Shown here: piece by piece, positions 15,008-23,607 of the stretch
Numbering within the stretch: position 1 is the first letter of the stretch
How the letters are laid out: each line of letters opens with the position of its first letter
Assembly (NCBI RefSeq): GCF_042654765.1
Contig: NZ_JBHSEW010000020.1
Span: 1 to 23,607, forward strand
From: Comamonas nitrativorans
GTDB taxonomy: Bacteria > Pseudomonadota > Gammaproteobacteria > Burkholderiales > Burkholderiaceae_C
DNA length: 23,607 bases
Direction of reading: 5' to 3'
The notes under the pieces: generated by a model
Seen by the model: the letters and a program-made list of their open reading frames with translations, nothing else
What the model was told of the DNA's origin: nothing
Databases searched by the model: none
Made by a program: the position numbers and the translations under genes

Positions 15008-16324
15008 ATGCGCCACATCGACTTCAATCGCCGCGACTGGCTCAAACTGCTGACGGCAGGGGCCGCCGCTGCCGCCACGGCTACGCAAAGCGCCCAGGCT
15101 GCGCCCCAGGTCAAAACGGAAGCCCGCATCGTGATTGCCGGGGCCGGGGCGGCGGGGTTGACCGCCGCTTCGCGCCTGGCGCAGCAGTTGTCGGGCGCAC
15201 GGATCATCCTGGTGGACGCTCGCAAGCAGCACTATTACCAGCCGGGCTTCACCCTGGTAGGGGCGGGCATCAAACCGGCGGACTACGTGGTTTCGCAAAC
15301 CAGCAGCTACGTGCCCCAGGGCGTGGAGCTGGTCGAGGAGCGCGTCGCCGAGATCGATCCCGAGGGCAAGAAGGTCGTCACCGAATCCGGCATGGTGCTG
15401 CCGTATGACTTCCTGATCGTCGCCACCGGCTTGCAACTGGAATACGGCCTGATCGAGGGCATGGAGCCGGGGCTGATCGGCCAGCATGGCATCGGCAGCA
15501 TCTACAACGGCCCGGAGGCGGCCAGCGCCACCTGGGGCCTGATGCAGCAGTTCGCCAGCCAGGGCGGGCGCGGCGTGTTCACCCGTCCCAATACCGAGAT
15601 GAAGTGCGCAGGCGCCCCGCTCAAATACACCTTTCTGAGCGAAGACCGCGCCACGCGCCAGGGCGGGCGCAGCAAGGCGGAGTTCGTTTATTTCTCGAAC
15701 AACGCGGCCCTGTTCAGCGTGCCCATCGTCTCGGAGAAGGTGCGCATGCTGTTCCAGGAGCGCGGCATCCAGACCCAGTACAACCGGGTGCTGACGGCCA
15801 TCGACCCCGGCAAGCGCATCGCCACCTTCAAAACGCCGGAAGGCACGGAGGAGCAGAACTGGGACTTCATCCACGTCATCCCGCCCATGCGGGCCGCCGA
15901 AGCCGTGCGCAACAGCCCCCTGCCCTGGCAGACAGGCAACTGGGCTGCCGAGGGCTGGATGGAGGTGGACAAGGGCACGCTGCGCCACGTGCGCTACCCC
16001 AACGTGTTCGGCGTGGGCGACATCGCCGGGGTGCCCAAGGGCAAGACGGCAGCCAGCGTGAAGTGGCAGGTGCCGGTGGCCGTCGATCACCTGGTGGCGG
16101 ATATCCAGGGCAAGCAATCCGATGCGCTCTACACCGGCTACACCTCGTGCCCGCTGATTACCCGGCTGGGGCAGGCGATGCTGGTGGAGTTCGATTACCA
16201 GAACAACCTGACCCCGTCCTTCCCCGGCGTCATCGCGCCGCTGGAGGAGCTGTGGATCAGCTGGGTCATGAAGACCATGGCCCTCAAACCCACCTACATC
16301 AGCATGTTGCGCGGCCGCGCCTAA
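15008..16324 (+). CDS. sqr: Type II (SQOR-like) sulfide:quinone oxidoreductase with an N-terminal twin-arginine signal peptide
   Basis: AGGAGG lies 5 nt upstream of the ATG. The N-terminus MRHIDFNRRDWLKLLTAGAAAAATATQSAQA/AP has an RR motif, a hydrophobic region and an AQA cleavage site. The FAD fold motif is IVIAGAGAAGLTAA. The product is colinear with human and bacterial type II SQR as I recall it: HYYQPGFTLVGAG, TRPNTEMKCAGAPLKY, HVIPPM, YPNVFGVGD, GYTSCPLIT and EFDY. Confidence 0.85.
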   Translation: MRHIDFNRRDWLKLLTAGAAAAATATQSAQAAPQVKTEARIVIAGAGAAGLTAASRLAQQLSGARIILVDARKQHYYQPGFTLVGAGIKPADYVVSQTSSYVPQGVELVEERVAEIDPEGKKVVTESGMVLPYDFLIVATGLQLEYGLIEGMEPGLIGQHGIGSIYNGPEAASATWGLMQQFASQGGRGVFTRPNTEMKCAGAPLKYTFLSEDRATRQGGRSKAEFVYFSNNAALFSVPIVSEKVRMLFQERGIQTQYNRVLTAIDPGKRIATFKTPEGTEEQNWDFIHVIPPMRAAEAVRNSPLPWQTGNWAAEGWMEVDKGTLRHVRYPNVFGVGDIAGVPKGKTAASVKWQVPVAVDHLVADIQGKQSDALYTGYTSCPLITRLGQAMLVEFDYQNNLTPSFPGVIAPLEELWISWVMKTMALKPTYISMLRGRA

Positions 16325-16348
16325 CCCCCTTACCGGAAGGAATAAGCC

Positions 16349-16714
16349 ATGAAAGAACTCGATCCCCTGATCTTTTGGTACGTCTTTCAGGAAATGCTGG
16401 GCACGCCGCTGCTGTGGCTGCTCATCATTCTGATAGCTGGTGGCACGCTTGCCTTCTTGTTTTTGCTATTGAAGGAACGCAAAATCGTTGCCCGGCGCGT
16501 GGTAATAGCTCAAGCAATAGGAGCGATTGGCGGCGTGCTGGCCCTGGTGCTGATGGCCAAGGTGTCGTCCTCGGGCTTCACCGATGCGGGCGGCCCGGCC
16601 GACTGGTTTCTGATCGCCCTGGTCTTTGGCCTGGGGGCTGTGGGCACTACGGTGCTGGCGTACACCGTGGCGGGGTATGCCCGCTGCAAGTGCCCACGGG
16701 CTGGAAAAGCCTAG
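16349..16714 (+). CDS. Small membrane protein (121 aa, about 3 TM helices) apparently co-transcribed with sqr
   Basis: GGAAGGA lies upstream of the ATG, 24 bp after the sqr stop. The hydrophobic helices are LLWLLIILIAGGTLAFLFLLL, AIGAIGGVLALVLMA and WFLIALVFGLGAVGTTVLAYTVAG. I cannot confidently name a family. Confidence 0.6.
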   Translation: MKELDPLIFWYVFQEMLGTPLLWLLIILIAGGTLAFLFLLLKERKIVARRVVIAQAIGAIGGVLALVLMAKVSSSGFTDAGGPADWFLIALVFGLGAVGTTVLAYTVAGYARCKCPRAGKA

Positions 16715-16733
16715 GGATGCTTTGTACCGCTGC

Positions 16734-17993
16734 CTAGCGGTACACCGGCAACACGTCCAGAACGTCGGGCGAGAGCAGGTGGAAAATGGAGGTAATGACC
16801 CCGTAGAAAAGCACCACTTTGACAAAATGGGTCGTGCTGAAAATACGGGCGCCATATCCGCCGCTTGTCCCCGTCTGGCGATGGTGTTTCCATTCGATGG
16901 CCGCAGGAATGATGACCGACCAGATGGCCGCTGCAAAACCGGCAAAACCAATGGCAATGATAAAACCGTCGGGAAACATGGTGCTGCCCAGGATGGGCGG
17001 CACAAAGGTAATGGCGGCGGTCTTCAGACGATCGCCAAGAGAGTTATCGAACCCCAGCAAATCTGCAATATAGTCGAACAGTCCCAGCCCTGCGCCCAGG
17101 AACGAGGTGACGACGGCCAGAAAAGCAAAAATGGAAATGCAGTAAGAAATCCAGGGGGTGGAGACAATACTTTCTACGGCAGCAAGAAAATGGTTGATGT
17201 TGCCGCCTTGCGCATACACATCACGCAGGGATTCCCGCCCCAGCACGCCAAAGCCTGCAAATATCCAGATGGTGTAGCAGACGCCTGCAATGAGCAGACC
17301 ATAGAAAATACATTTTCTGATCTTGGCCTCATCCTTGCCATAGTATTTGACCAGGCTGGGAACGCTGGCATGAAAGCAGAAGGACGTCAGAAAATACGGC
17401 AGGGCGGCCAGAACAAACCAGGCGGTGGGCTGGGCATCCGGTACTGTGCTCAAGGTGAGGATTTTTTCCACTTCCAAGGCAGGCAGCAGGCCTGTAATGG
17501 CGGCAAAGAAGGTAATGATCATGCCGATGACGAAAATCGTCGAGAGGCGATCGACGACCTGGGTACTCCAGAAAATACAGACCGCCAAAGTGCCGCCAAA
17601 CAGCAGGCTGACCATGCTTTGCGGAATATCCAGACCCAGGCTATGCCACACGGTCGCCCCGCCGCCGCTGGTGTAGGCGTACAGCAGCATATACAGCACA
17701 AAACCGACCGACAGGCCATTGACGATATTCCATACCGGCCCCAAAGTATTCTTCACCAGGGTATGAAAGCTTGCACCGGGGTCAAAGCGCAGATTGGCGC
17801 GTAATATCATGTTGGCACTGGCCAGCATGATGAAAAAGGTCGTTGCCAGAACCAGCACTGTCCATAATGACCACATGCCTGCCGAAATAATCGGCAATGC
17901 CAGCATTCCAGCACCAATGACGGTGCCGGCAACGATCATGATGCCCCCTACAATGGAGGGCTGCTTTTGTTCTGGGGTGGATGAGGGATTCAT
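16734..17993 (-). CDS. tyrP: Aromatic amino acid permease of the Mtr/TnaB/TyrP (HAAAP) family, probable tyrosine transporter
   Basis: The 419-aa polytopic protein has GGAG 5 nt upstream of its ATG. The N-terminus KQPSIVGGIMIVAGTVIGAGMLALPIISAGMW is characteristic of this family. It lies directly downstream of tyrosine phenol-lyase. Confidence 0.82.
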   Translation of the reverse strand: MNPSSTPEQKQPSIVGGIMIVAGTVIGAGMLALPIISAGMWSLWTVLVLATTFFIMLASANMILRANLRFDPGASFHTLVKNTLGPVWNIVNGLSVGFVLYMLLYAYTSGGGATVWHSLGLDIPQSMVSLLFGGTLAVCIFWSTQVVDRLSTIFVIGMIITFFAAITGLLPALEVEKILTLSTVPDAQPTAWFVLAALPYFLTSFCFHASVPSLVKYYGKDEAKIRKCIFYGLLIAGVCYTIWIFAGFGVLGRESLRDVYAQGGNINHFLAAVESIVSTPWISYCISIFAFLAVVTSFLGAGLGLFDYIADLLGFDNSLGDRLKTAAITFVPPILGSTMFPDGFIIAIGFAGFAAAIWSVIIPAAIEWKHHRQTGTSGGYGARIFSTTHFVKVVLFYGVITSIFHLLSPDVLDVLPVYR

Positions 17994-18034
17994 AATGTCT
18001 CCGGATTATAATTTGTTTTAATATTGATATTCAT

Positions 18035-18063
18035 ACGGCCCCGCCTGCATTCGGCGGGGCCGT
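18035..18063. other. GC-rich 11-bp perfect hairpin in the tpl/tyrP intercistronic gap
   Basis: The hairpin is ACGGCCCCGCC-tgcattc-GGCGGGGCCGT. The T-rich tail (GCTTTTGTTTCT, 18064-18075) lies on the plus strand, antisense to both flanking genes. Confidence 0.45.
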
Positions 18064-18079
18064 GCTTTTGTTTCTGAAA

Positions 18080-20186
<2,107 letters not shown>

Positions 20187-20423
20187 GGCCTATTTCTTGA
20201 TAGGGAGTGCGTATGGCGGCTACGTTAGCAGCCACGTTTGCACGAATCGGTAGCACAGGCTACAGATCGATCAAAAAAATTGCTTTGAATTACTTTGGTG
20301 CGCAGAAAGTAATTGTTATAAGTTCTTTCAAGGCACTTTTATTGCATCAAGAGTTGGGCTTGTTTGAATATGTCCAGGGGGATTACCCTGGGTGCGGCTT
20401 TCGCGATGGCGTTTCTGGCGGTT

Positions 20424-21332
20424 CTAACGCCGTCCGCGCTGCATGATGACCGTGCCCAGGACGGCCAGGGTGCCGCCGATGAGCAGGCTGGCATCCAGTG
20501 CCTCGTGCAGCAGCAGCGCCGAAATGGCCACCCCCACCACCGGCACCAGGGTGATGTAGCCCGCCGCTGCGCCCGCGCCCAGGCGTTTCACCCCTTCAAA
20601 AAACCAGGCGTAGGCCAGGGCCGTGGCACCGAAGGCCAGGAACAGCAAGGCCCCCCAGGCCGTCCAGCCGCTGTGCAGGGTGGCCTGCATCCCGGCCGGG
20701 CCTTCCACGACCAGACTGGTGACGAGCAGCAGCACCGCGCCGATGGCCGCCGTGACGGTGGTGGCCGAGAGGGCATCTACTCCGGTCATCACCCAGCGGC
20801 CCAGCAGCGTGTAGGCCACCCAGCAGGCCACGCAGCCCAGGATCAGCACCTCGCCCAGCCCCAGATGTCCTTGCAGGATGTGCCGGGGGTCGCCCTGGGC
20901 AATCACGATGATGGCACCGACAAAGGCCATTGCCATGCCCAGGCTGATGATGGTGTTGATGCGCTCCTTGAACAGCCACACGGCCAGCAGCAGGGTGACG
21001 ACCGGGTTCAGGGTGATCAGCAGGGCCGCCTTGCCTGCCGGCACGTATTGCAGGCCCGACAGAAACAGGCTGGCGTAGGCGTAGACGCCGAAAAATCCGG
21101 CCAGCCCCATGCCCAGCCAGCGCTGGAGGCTCCAGTCTTTCAACTGGGCAAAGCCGCCGCTGCGGTACATCCAGGGCAGCAGCACCAGCAGGGCAAGCAG
21201 AAACCGCAGGCTGGCGGCGGCCAGCGGCGGCATGGCCTGGGCCACGATGCGCCCGGCGGGCCAGGAGGCCCCCCACAGAATGATCATGCCCAGCAGGCGG
21301 GCGTGGGGGCCAAAGTTGGAAAGACGCAGCAT
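20424..21332 (-). CDS. EamA/DMT-superfamily transporter (10-TM drug/metabolite exporter type)
   Basis: The product is taken from the internal Met MLRLSNFGPHARLLGMIILWGASWPAGR (ATG at 21332). It has ten hydrophobic helices in two EamA-like halves. The 50-aa upstream extension in the ORF track is Arg/Pro-rich and implausible. The Shine-Dalgarno sequence is weak. Confidence 0.78.
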   Translation of the reverse strand: MLRLSNFGPHARLLGMIILWGASWPAGRIVAQAMPPLAAASLRFLLALLVLLPWMYRSGGFAQLKDWSLQRWLGMGLAGFFGVYAYASLFLSGLQYVPAGKAALLITLNPVVTLLLAVWLFKERINTIISLGMAMAFVGAIIVIAQGDPRHILQGHLGLGEVLILGCVACWVAYTLLGRWVMTGVDALSATTVTAAIGAVLLLVTSLVVEGPAGMQATLHSGWTAWGALLFLAFGATALAYAWFFEGVKRLGAGAAAGYITLVPVVGVAISALLLHEALDASLLIGGTLAVLGTVIMQRGRR

Positions 21333-21485
21333 AGGGGGCGCACTATAGGCCCGCCGCCTTCCGTGGTGCGGGACGATGCCAAGAGGTTTAGTAAAGAAAA
21401 GGCCTTTAGCGCCGAACAGCAGAACGCGGGCAGCTATAAAAACAAAAGCCGATCGCACCTTGTCGCAACCCGGCGGCGGCAAGGT

Positions 21486-22043
21486 TCAACGGGTGTGCTG
21501 TGCGAACCGGGCGGTGAATTTGGCCACCTTGGGCGCAATCACCCAGGCGCAATAGCCGGCCTCGGGATGGCGGGCGAAGTAGTCCTGGTGCCCATCCTCG
21601 GCGGGATAGAACGCGGTCAGCGGGGCGACCTCGGTCACCACCGGGGCAGGAAAGGCGCGGTGCTGATTCAGTTGCGCCACATAGTCCTGGGCCACGGCCA
21701 GCTGCTCGGCCGTCGTGGTGTAGATGCCGCTGCGGTACTGCGGGCCGACGTCGTTGCCCTGGCGGTCGGGCGTGGTGGGGTCGTGGGTGGCAAAGAAAAT
21801 CTCCAGCAGCTCGGCCAGGGGCAGCACCTGCGGGTCGTAGACCACTTGCAGCACCTCGGCGTGGCCGGTGGTGCCGCTGCACACCTGTTCGTAGCTGGGG
21901 TGGGGCAGGTGGCCGTTGGCATAGCCGCTGCACACCCCCAGCACCCCGCGCACCCGGGAGAAAATCGCATCCACACACCAAAAACAACCGCCAGCCAGAT
22001 AAATGCTGGCCTGGAGGGACGTGGGGGCGCAAGTGGAGGTCAT
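21486..22043 (-). CDS. msrA: Peptide-methionine (S)-S-oxide reductase
   Basis: The 185-aa product contains the GCFWC active-site motif, YEQVCSGTTGHAEV..VVYDP, HDPTT..RQGND.G.QYRS.IY and AEDGHQDY. The start is taken at ATG 22043. The longer ORF-track version has no family support. Confidence 0.9.
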   Translation of the reverse strand: MTSTCAPTSLQASIYLAGGCFWCVDAIFSRVRGVLGVCSGYANGHLPHPSYEQVCSGTTGHAEVLQVVYDPQVLPLAELLEIFFATHDPTTPDRQGNDVGPQYRSGIYTTTAEQLAVAQDYVAQLNQHRAFPAPVVTEVAPLTAFYPAEDGHQDYFARHPEAGYCAWVIAPKVAKFTARFAQHTR

Positions 22044-22059
22044 GGTCGATGCTGCCGGG

Positions 22060-22425
22060 TTACTGTCCCTGGGCACGGTCGATGGCTTCGACGATGGCCA
22101 GGCCGGTGGTCTGTACGCCAGGGGCGTTGAAGCCCGGGCCGGGAGTGACGTTGGGATGCTGCAGCAAGGTCTGGCGTACCTGGCGGGCTTCCTCGTGGCG
22201 GCGCAGGCGTTCCTGCTGGGCGGCGTTTTGGGCCGCTGAGGGAATCTCTGCGCGGGTGCTGCGTTCGTAGACGGCGTAGGCCGCTTGCTGGGCCCGCAGG
22301 GCACGCTCTTGCTGCAACTGTTCGCGTTGTGCGATGTATCCCCAGCCGGCGATCAGGGCCAGCCCCATGGCGGCAATGCTCAGACCCCAGAGGGTGGAGG
22401 GGGACAGGGAATCGCGTTGTGGCAT
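22060..22425 (-). CDS. Hypothetical small membrane-anchored protein (about 121 aa) upstream of msrA
   Basis: A single TM helix (LWGLSIAAMGLALIAGWGYIA) is followed by a Gln/Ala/Arg-rich helical segment and a short C-terminal domain. Third-position G/C is high in this frame. The stop is 16 bp before the msrA start. There is no Shine-Dalgarno sequence, and the start is uncertain (22425 or 22467). Confidence 0.4.
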   Translation of the reverse strand: MPQRDSLSPSTLWGLSIAAMGLALIAGWGYIAQREQLQQERALRAQQAAYAVYERSTRAEIPSAAQNAAQQERLRRHEEARQVRQTLLQHPNVTPGPGFNAPGVQTTGLAIVEAIDRAQGQ

Positions 22426-22541
22426 GGCAGGGTGAAGACAGGAAGGAGGGGTGGGAAAACCAGGCATTTTCGGGTTTTCGGGTTTCCTTGTCCGGGGGCG
22501 CAGATTTTTTCGCGTGCCGAACTGCAAAAACGCCGATTTTT

Positions 22542-22571
22542 TTGAGGTCAAGACAAAAAATCGTGCATAAT
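22542..22571 (+). promoter_or_regulatory. Candidate sigma70 promoter of tRNA-Gln
   Basis: TTGAGG (22542-22547), an 18-nt spacer and CATAAT (22566-22571), followed by GC-rich CCTCG. The -10 element ends 12 nt before the mature tRNA 5' end. Confidence 0.4.
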
Positions 22572-22583
22572 CCTCGTTTCCGT

Positions 22584-22660
22584 AGGGGAGTCGCCAAGTT
22601 GGTTAAGGCACCGGATTTTGATTCCGGCATGCGAGGGTTCGAGTCCTTCCTCCCCTGCCA
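22584..22660 (+). tRNA. tRNA-Gln (anticodon UUG), with encoded CCA
   Basis: I folded the cloverleaf by hand. The acceptor stem is AGGGGAG/CTCCCCT. The D arm is GCCA-AGTTGGTTA-AGGC. The anticodon arm is CCGGA-TTTTGAT-TCCGG, giving anticodon TTG. The variable loop is 5 nt (CATGC). The T arm is GAGGG-TTCGAGT-CCTTC, followed by discriminator G and CCA. The sequence is very close to E. coli tRNA-Gln (TCGCCAAG..GGTAAGGCACCGGATT.TGATTCCGGCAT). Confidence 0.9.
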
Positions 22661-22675
22661 GAGATAAAAGAGAAA

Positions 22676-22709
22676 GCCTTGTCTGCCGATGCAGGCAGGG
22701 CTTTTTTCT
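22676..22709 (+). terminator. Rho-independent terminator after tRNA-Gln
   Basis: GCC-ttgt-CTGCC-gatgca-GGCAG-GGC forms a stem, followed by TTTTTTCTT at 22702-22710. Confidence 0.6.
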
Positions 22710-22773
22710 TGCCTGCTTCCCGAGCGCGGTATCCGGTGCAAGGCCTGGCAGCAGGGCCGCTATCATCGCGGCC

Positions 22774-23607
22774 ATGTCCAGCGCCAGCCTTGCTCCTTCT
22801 CCTTTCTCCTCTTCTGTTCCTGACCGGAATGCGTCGCGCTTCTGGGGGGTGATTCCCTGTGCCGGTAATGGCACGCGGGCCGTCGCACCGGGGATGGGCG
22901 ATCCGGCGCTGCCCAAGCAGTACCAGCGCTTGCTGGGCCAGCCGCTGGTGCTGCACACCCTGGCGGCTTTTGCAGCAGTGCCGCAACTGGTGAGTACCTT
23001 GGTAGCGGTGGCGCCGGGAGACGATTTTCTGAATGCCTACCCTGGCGGCAGTTACTTCACTGTGCCGTGCGGCGGTGCGACACGGGCGCAGACCGTGCTG
23101 GGGGCGCTGCGGGCCTTGCAGCAGCGCGGCGCCCAGGCGCACGACTGGGTGCTGGTGCACGATGCGGCACGCTGCCTGGTGACGCCGCTGCAAATCGAAA
23201 CCCTGATTGCCGAATGCCAGCACGACAGCGTGGGGGGCCTGCTGGCGCACAAGATTCCCGATACGCTGAAAACCGCCGTCACCGGGCCGGGCGGGGTGCG
23301 CGTGGTGGCAACGCTGGAGCGCAGCGACAAATGGCTGGCGCAAACGCCGCAGATGTTCCGTCTGGAGCCTTTGCTGCACGCGCTGGAAAAACTGGGCGAT
23401 GCCGCCACCGACGAGGCCAGCGCGATGGAGGCCGCAGGCCACCGCCCCAAGCTGGTGGCGGGCGGGGCGCAGAATTTCAAGGTCACCTACCCCGAGGACT
23501 TCGCCCTGGCCAGCGCCGTGCTGGCCTACCGCGAGGGCAGCAGCACCACGGCGCGGTTCGGCGAGTCGCCCCCCACCCGGCCGGAGCGGGGGAATCGGTT
23601 TTTTTAG
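22774..23607 (+). CDS. ispD: 2-C-methyl-D-erythritol 4-phosphate cytidylyltransferase
   Basis: From ATG 22774 the product contains WGVIPCAGNGTR...PKQY, VLVHDAARCLVTP, TLERSDKWLAQTPQMF and TDEASAMEAAGHRPKLVAGGAQNFKVTYPEDFALA. The TAG stop is at 23605-23607. The ORF-track start at 22618 overlaps the tRNA and is rejected. The product has about 25 extra residues at each end relative to E. coli IspD. Confidence 0.9.
   Translation: MSSASLAPSPFSSSVPDRNASRFWGVIPCAGNGTRAVAPGMGDPALPKQYQRLLGQPLVLHTLAAFAAVPQLVSTLVAVAPGDDFLNAYPGGSYFTVPCGGATRAQTVLGALRALQQRGAQAHDWVLVHDAARCLVTPLQIETLIAECQHDSVGGLLAHKIPDTLKTAVTGPGGVRVVATLERSDKWLAQTPQMFRLEPLLHALEKLGDAATDEASAMEAAGHRPKLVAGGAQNFKVTYPEDFALASAVLAYREGSSTTARFGESPPTRPERGNRFF

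Noticed and set aside
16724-16743. An 8-bp hairpin (GTACCGCT-gcct-AGCGGTAC) lies between the convergent small membrane gene and tyrP, and was considered as a bidirectional terminator.
   Set aside because: It has no U-run on either strand and overlaps the tyrP stop codon. It is too weak to annotate, although it marks the left edge of the lower-GC block.
20207-20446. A 79-aa plus-strand ORF lies in the crp-like/EamA intergenic region. GGGAG sits 5 nt before an internal ATG at 20213.
   Set aside because: I recognise no family. It runs through the AT-rich promoter and repeat region and into the 3' end of the EamA gene on the opposite strand. The Shine-Dalgarno-like match alone is not enough support.
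22040-22741. A 233-aa minus-strand ORF spans the tRNA-Gln region. The 22618 start of the ispD ORF also overlaps the tRNA.
   Set aside because: Both overlap a well-folded tRNA, its promoter and its terminator. ispD homology begins only after ATG 22774.

Overview
This is a GC-rich chromosomal segment, most likely betaproteobacterial, and almost every gene in it can be assigned. From left to right it contains: (1) the 3' tail of an IS5-family transposase; (2) a conventional methyl-accepting chemotaxis protein (MCP); (3) upp, preceded on the same strand by a second MCP whose sensor is a six-helix membrane domain; (4) a methylcitrate-cycle cluster on the minus strand in the unusual order acnD-prpF-prpC-(152 bp spacer)-prpB-like; (5) a divergent, translationally coupled cassette of a YtrA-like GntR regulator, an ABC ATPase and an unassignable ~12-TM membrane protein, followed by an XRE/DUF2083 (PrpR/RamB/ScfR-type) regulator; (6) a type II sulfide:quinone oxidoreductase with a Tat signal, plus a small membrane protein; (7) a lower-GC module of a Crp-family regulator, tyrosine phenol-lyase and a TyrP-like permease; (8) an EamA transporter, msrA, a small membrane-anchored ORF, tRNA-Gln(UUG) and ispD. 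I saw no CRISPR array, rRNA, integrase or recognisable defence or toxin genes. The points most worth follow-up are listed here. Four exact TTTGCAAA palindromes occur only at prp promoter-proximal positions. The YtrA-ABC-orphan membrane cassette sits between the prp promoter region and the prp-type regulator. The prpC/prpB spacer carries a terminator-like hairpin. The sulfide:quinone oxidoreductase appears to be exported. The tyrosine-to-phenol module has a repeat-rich leader. All homology calls come from reading the translations and from recalled family motifs. No database search was run.
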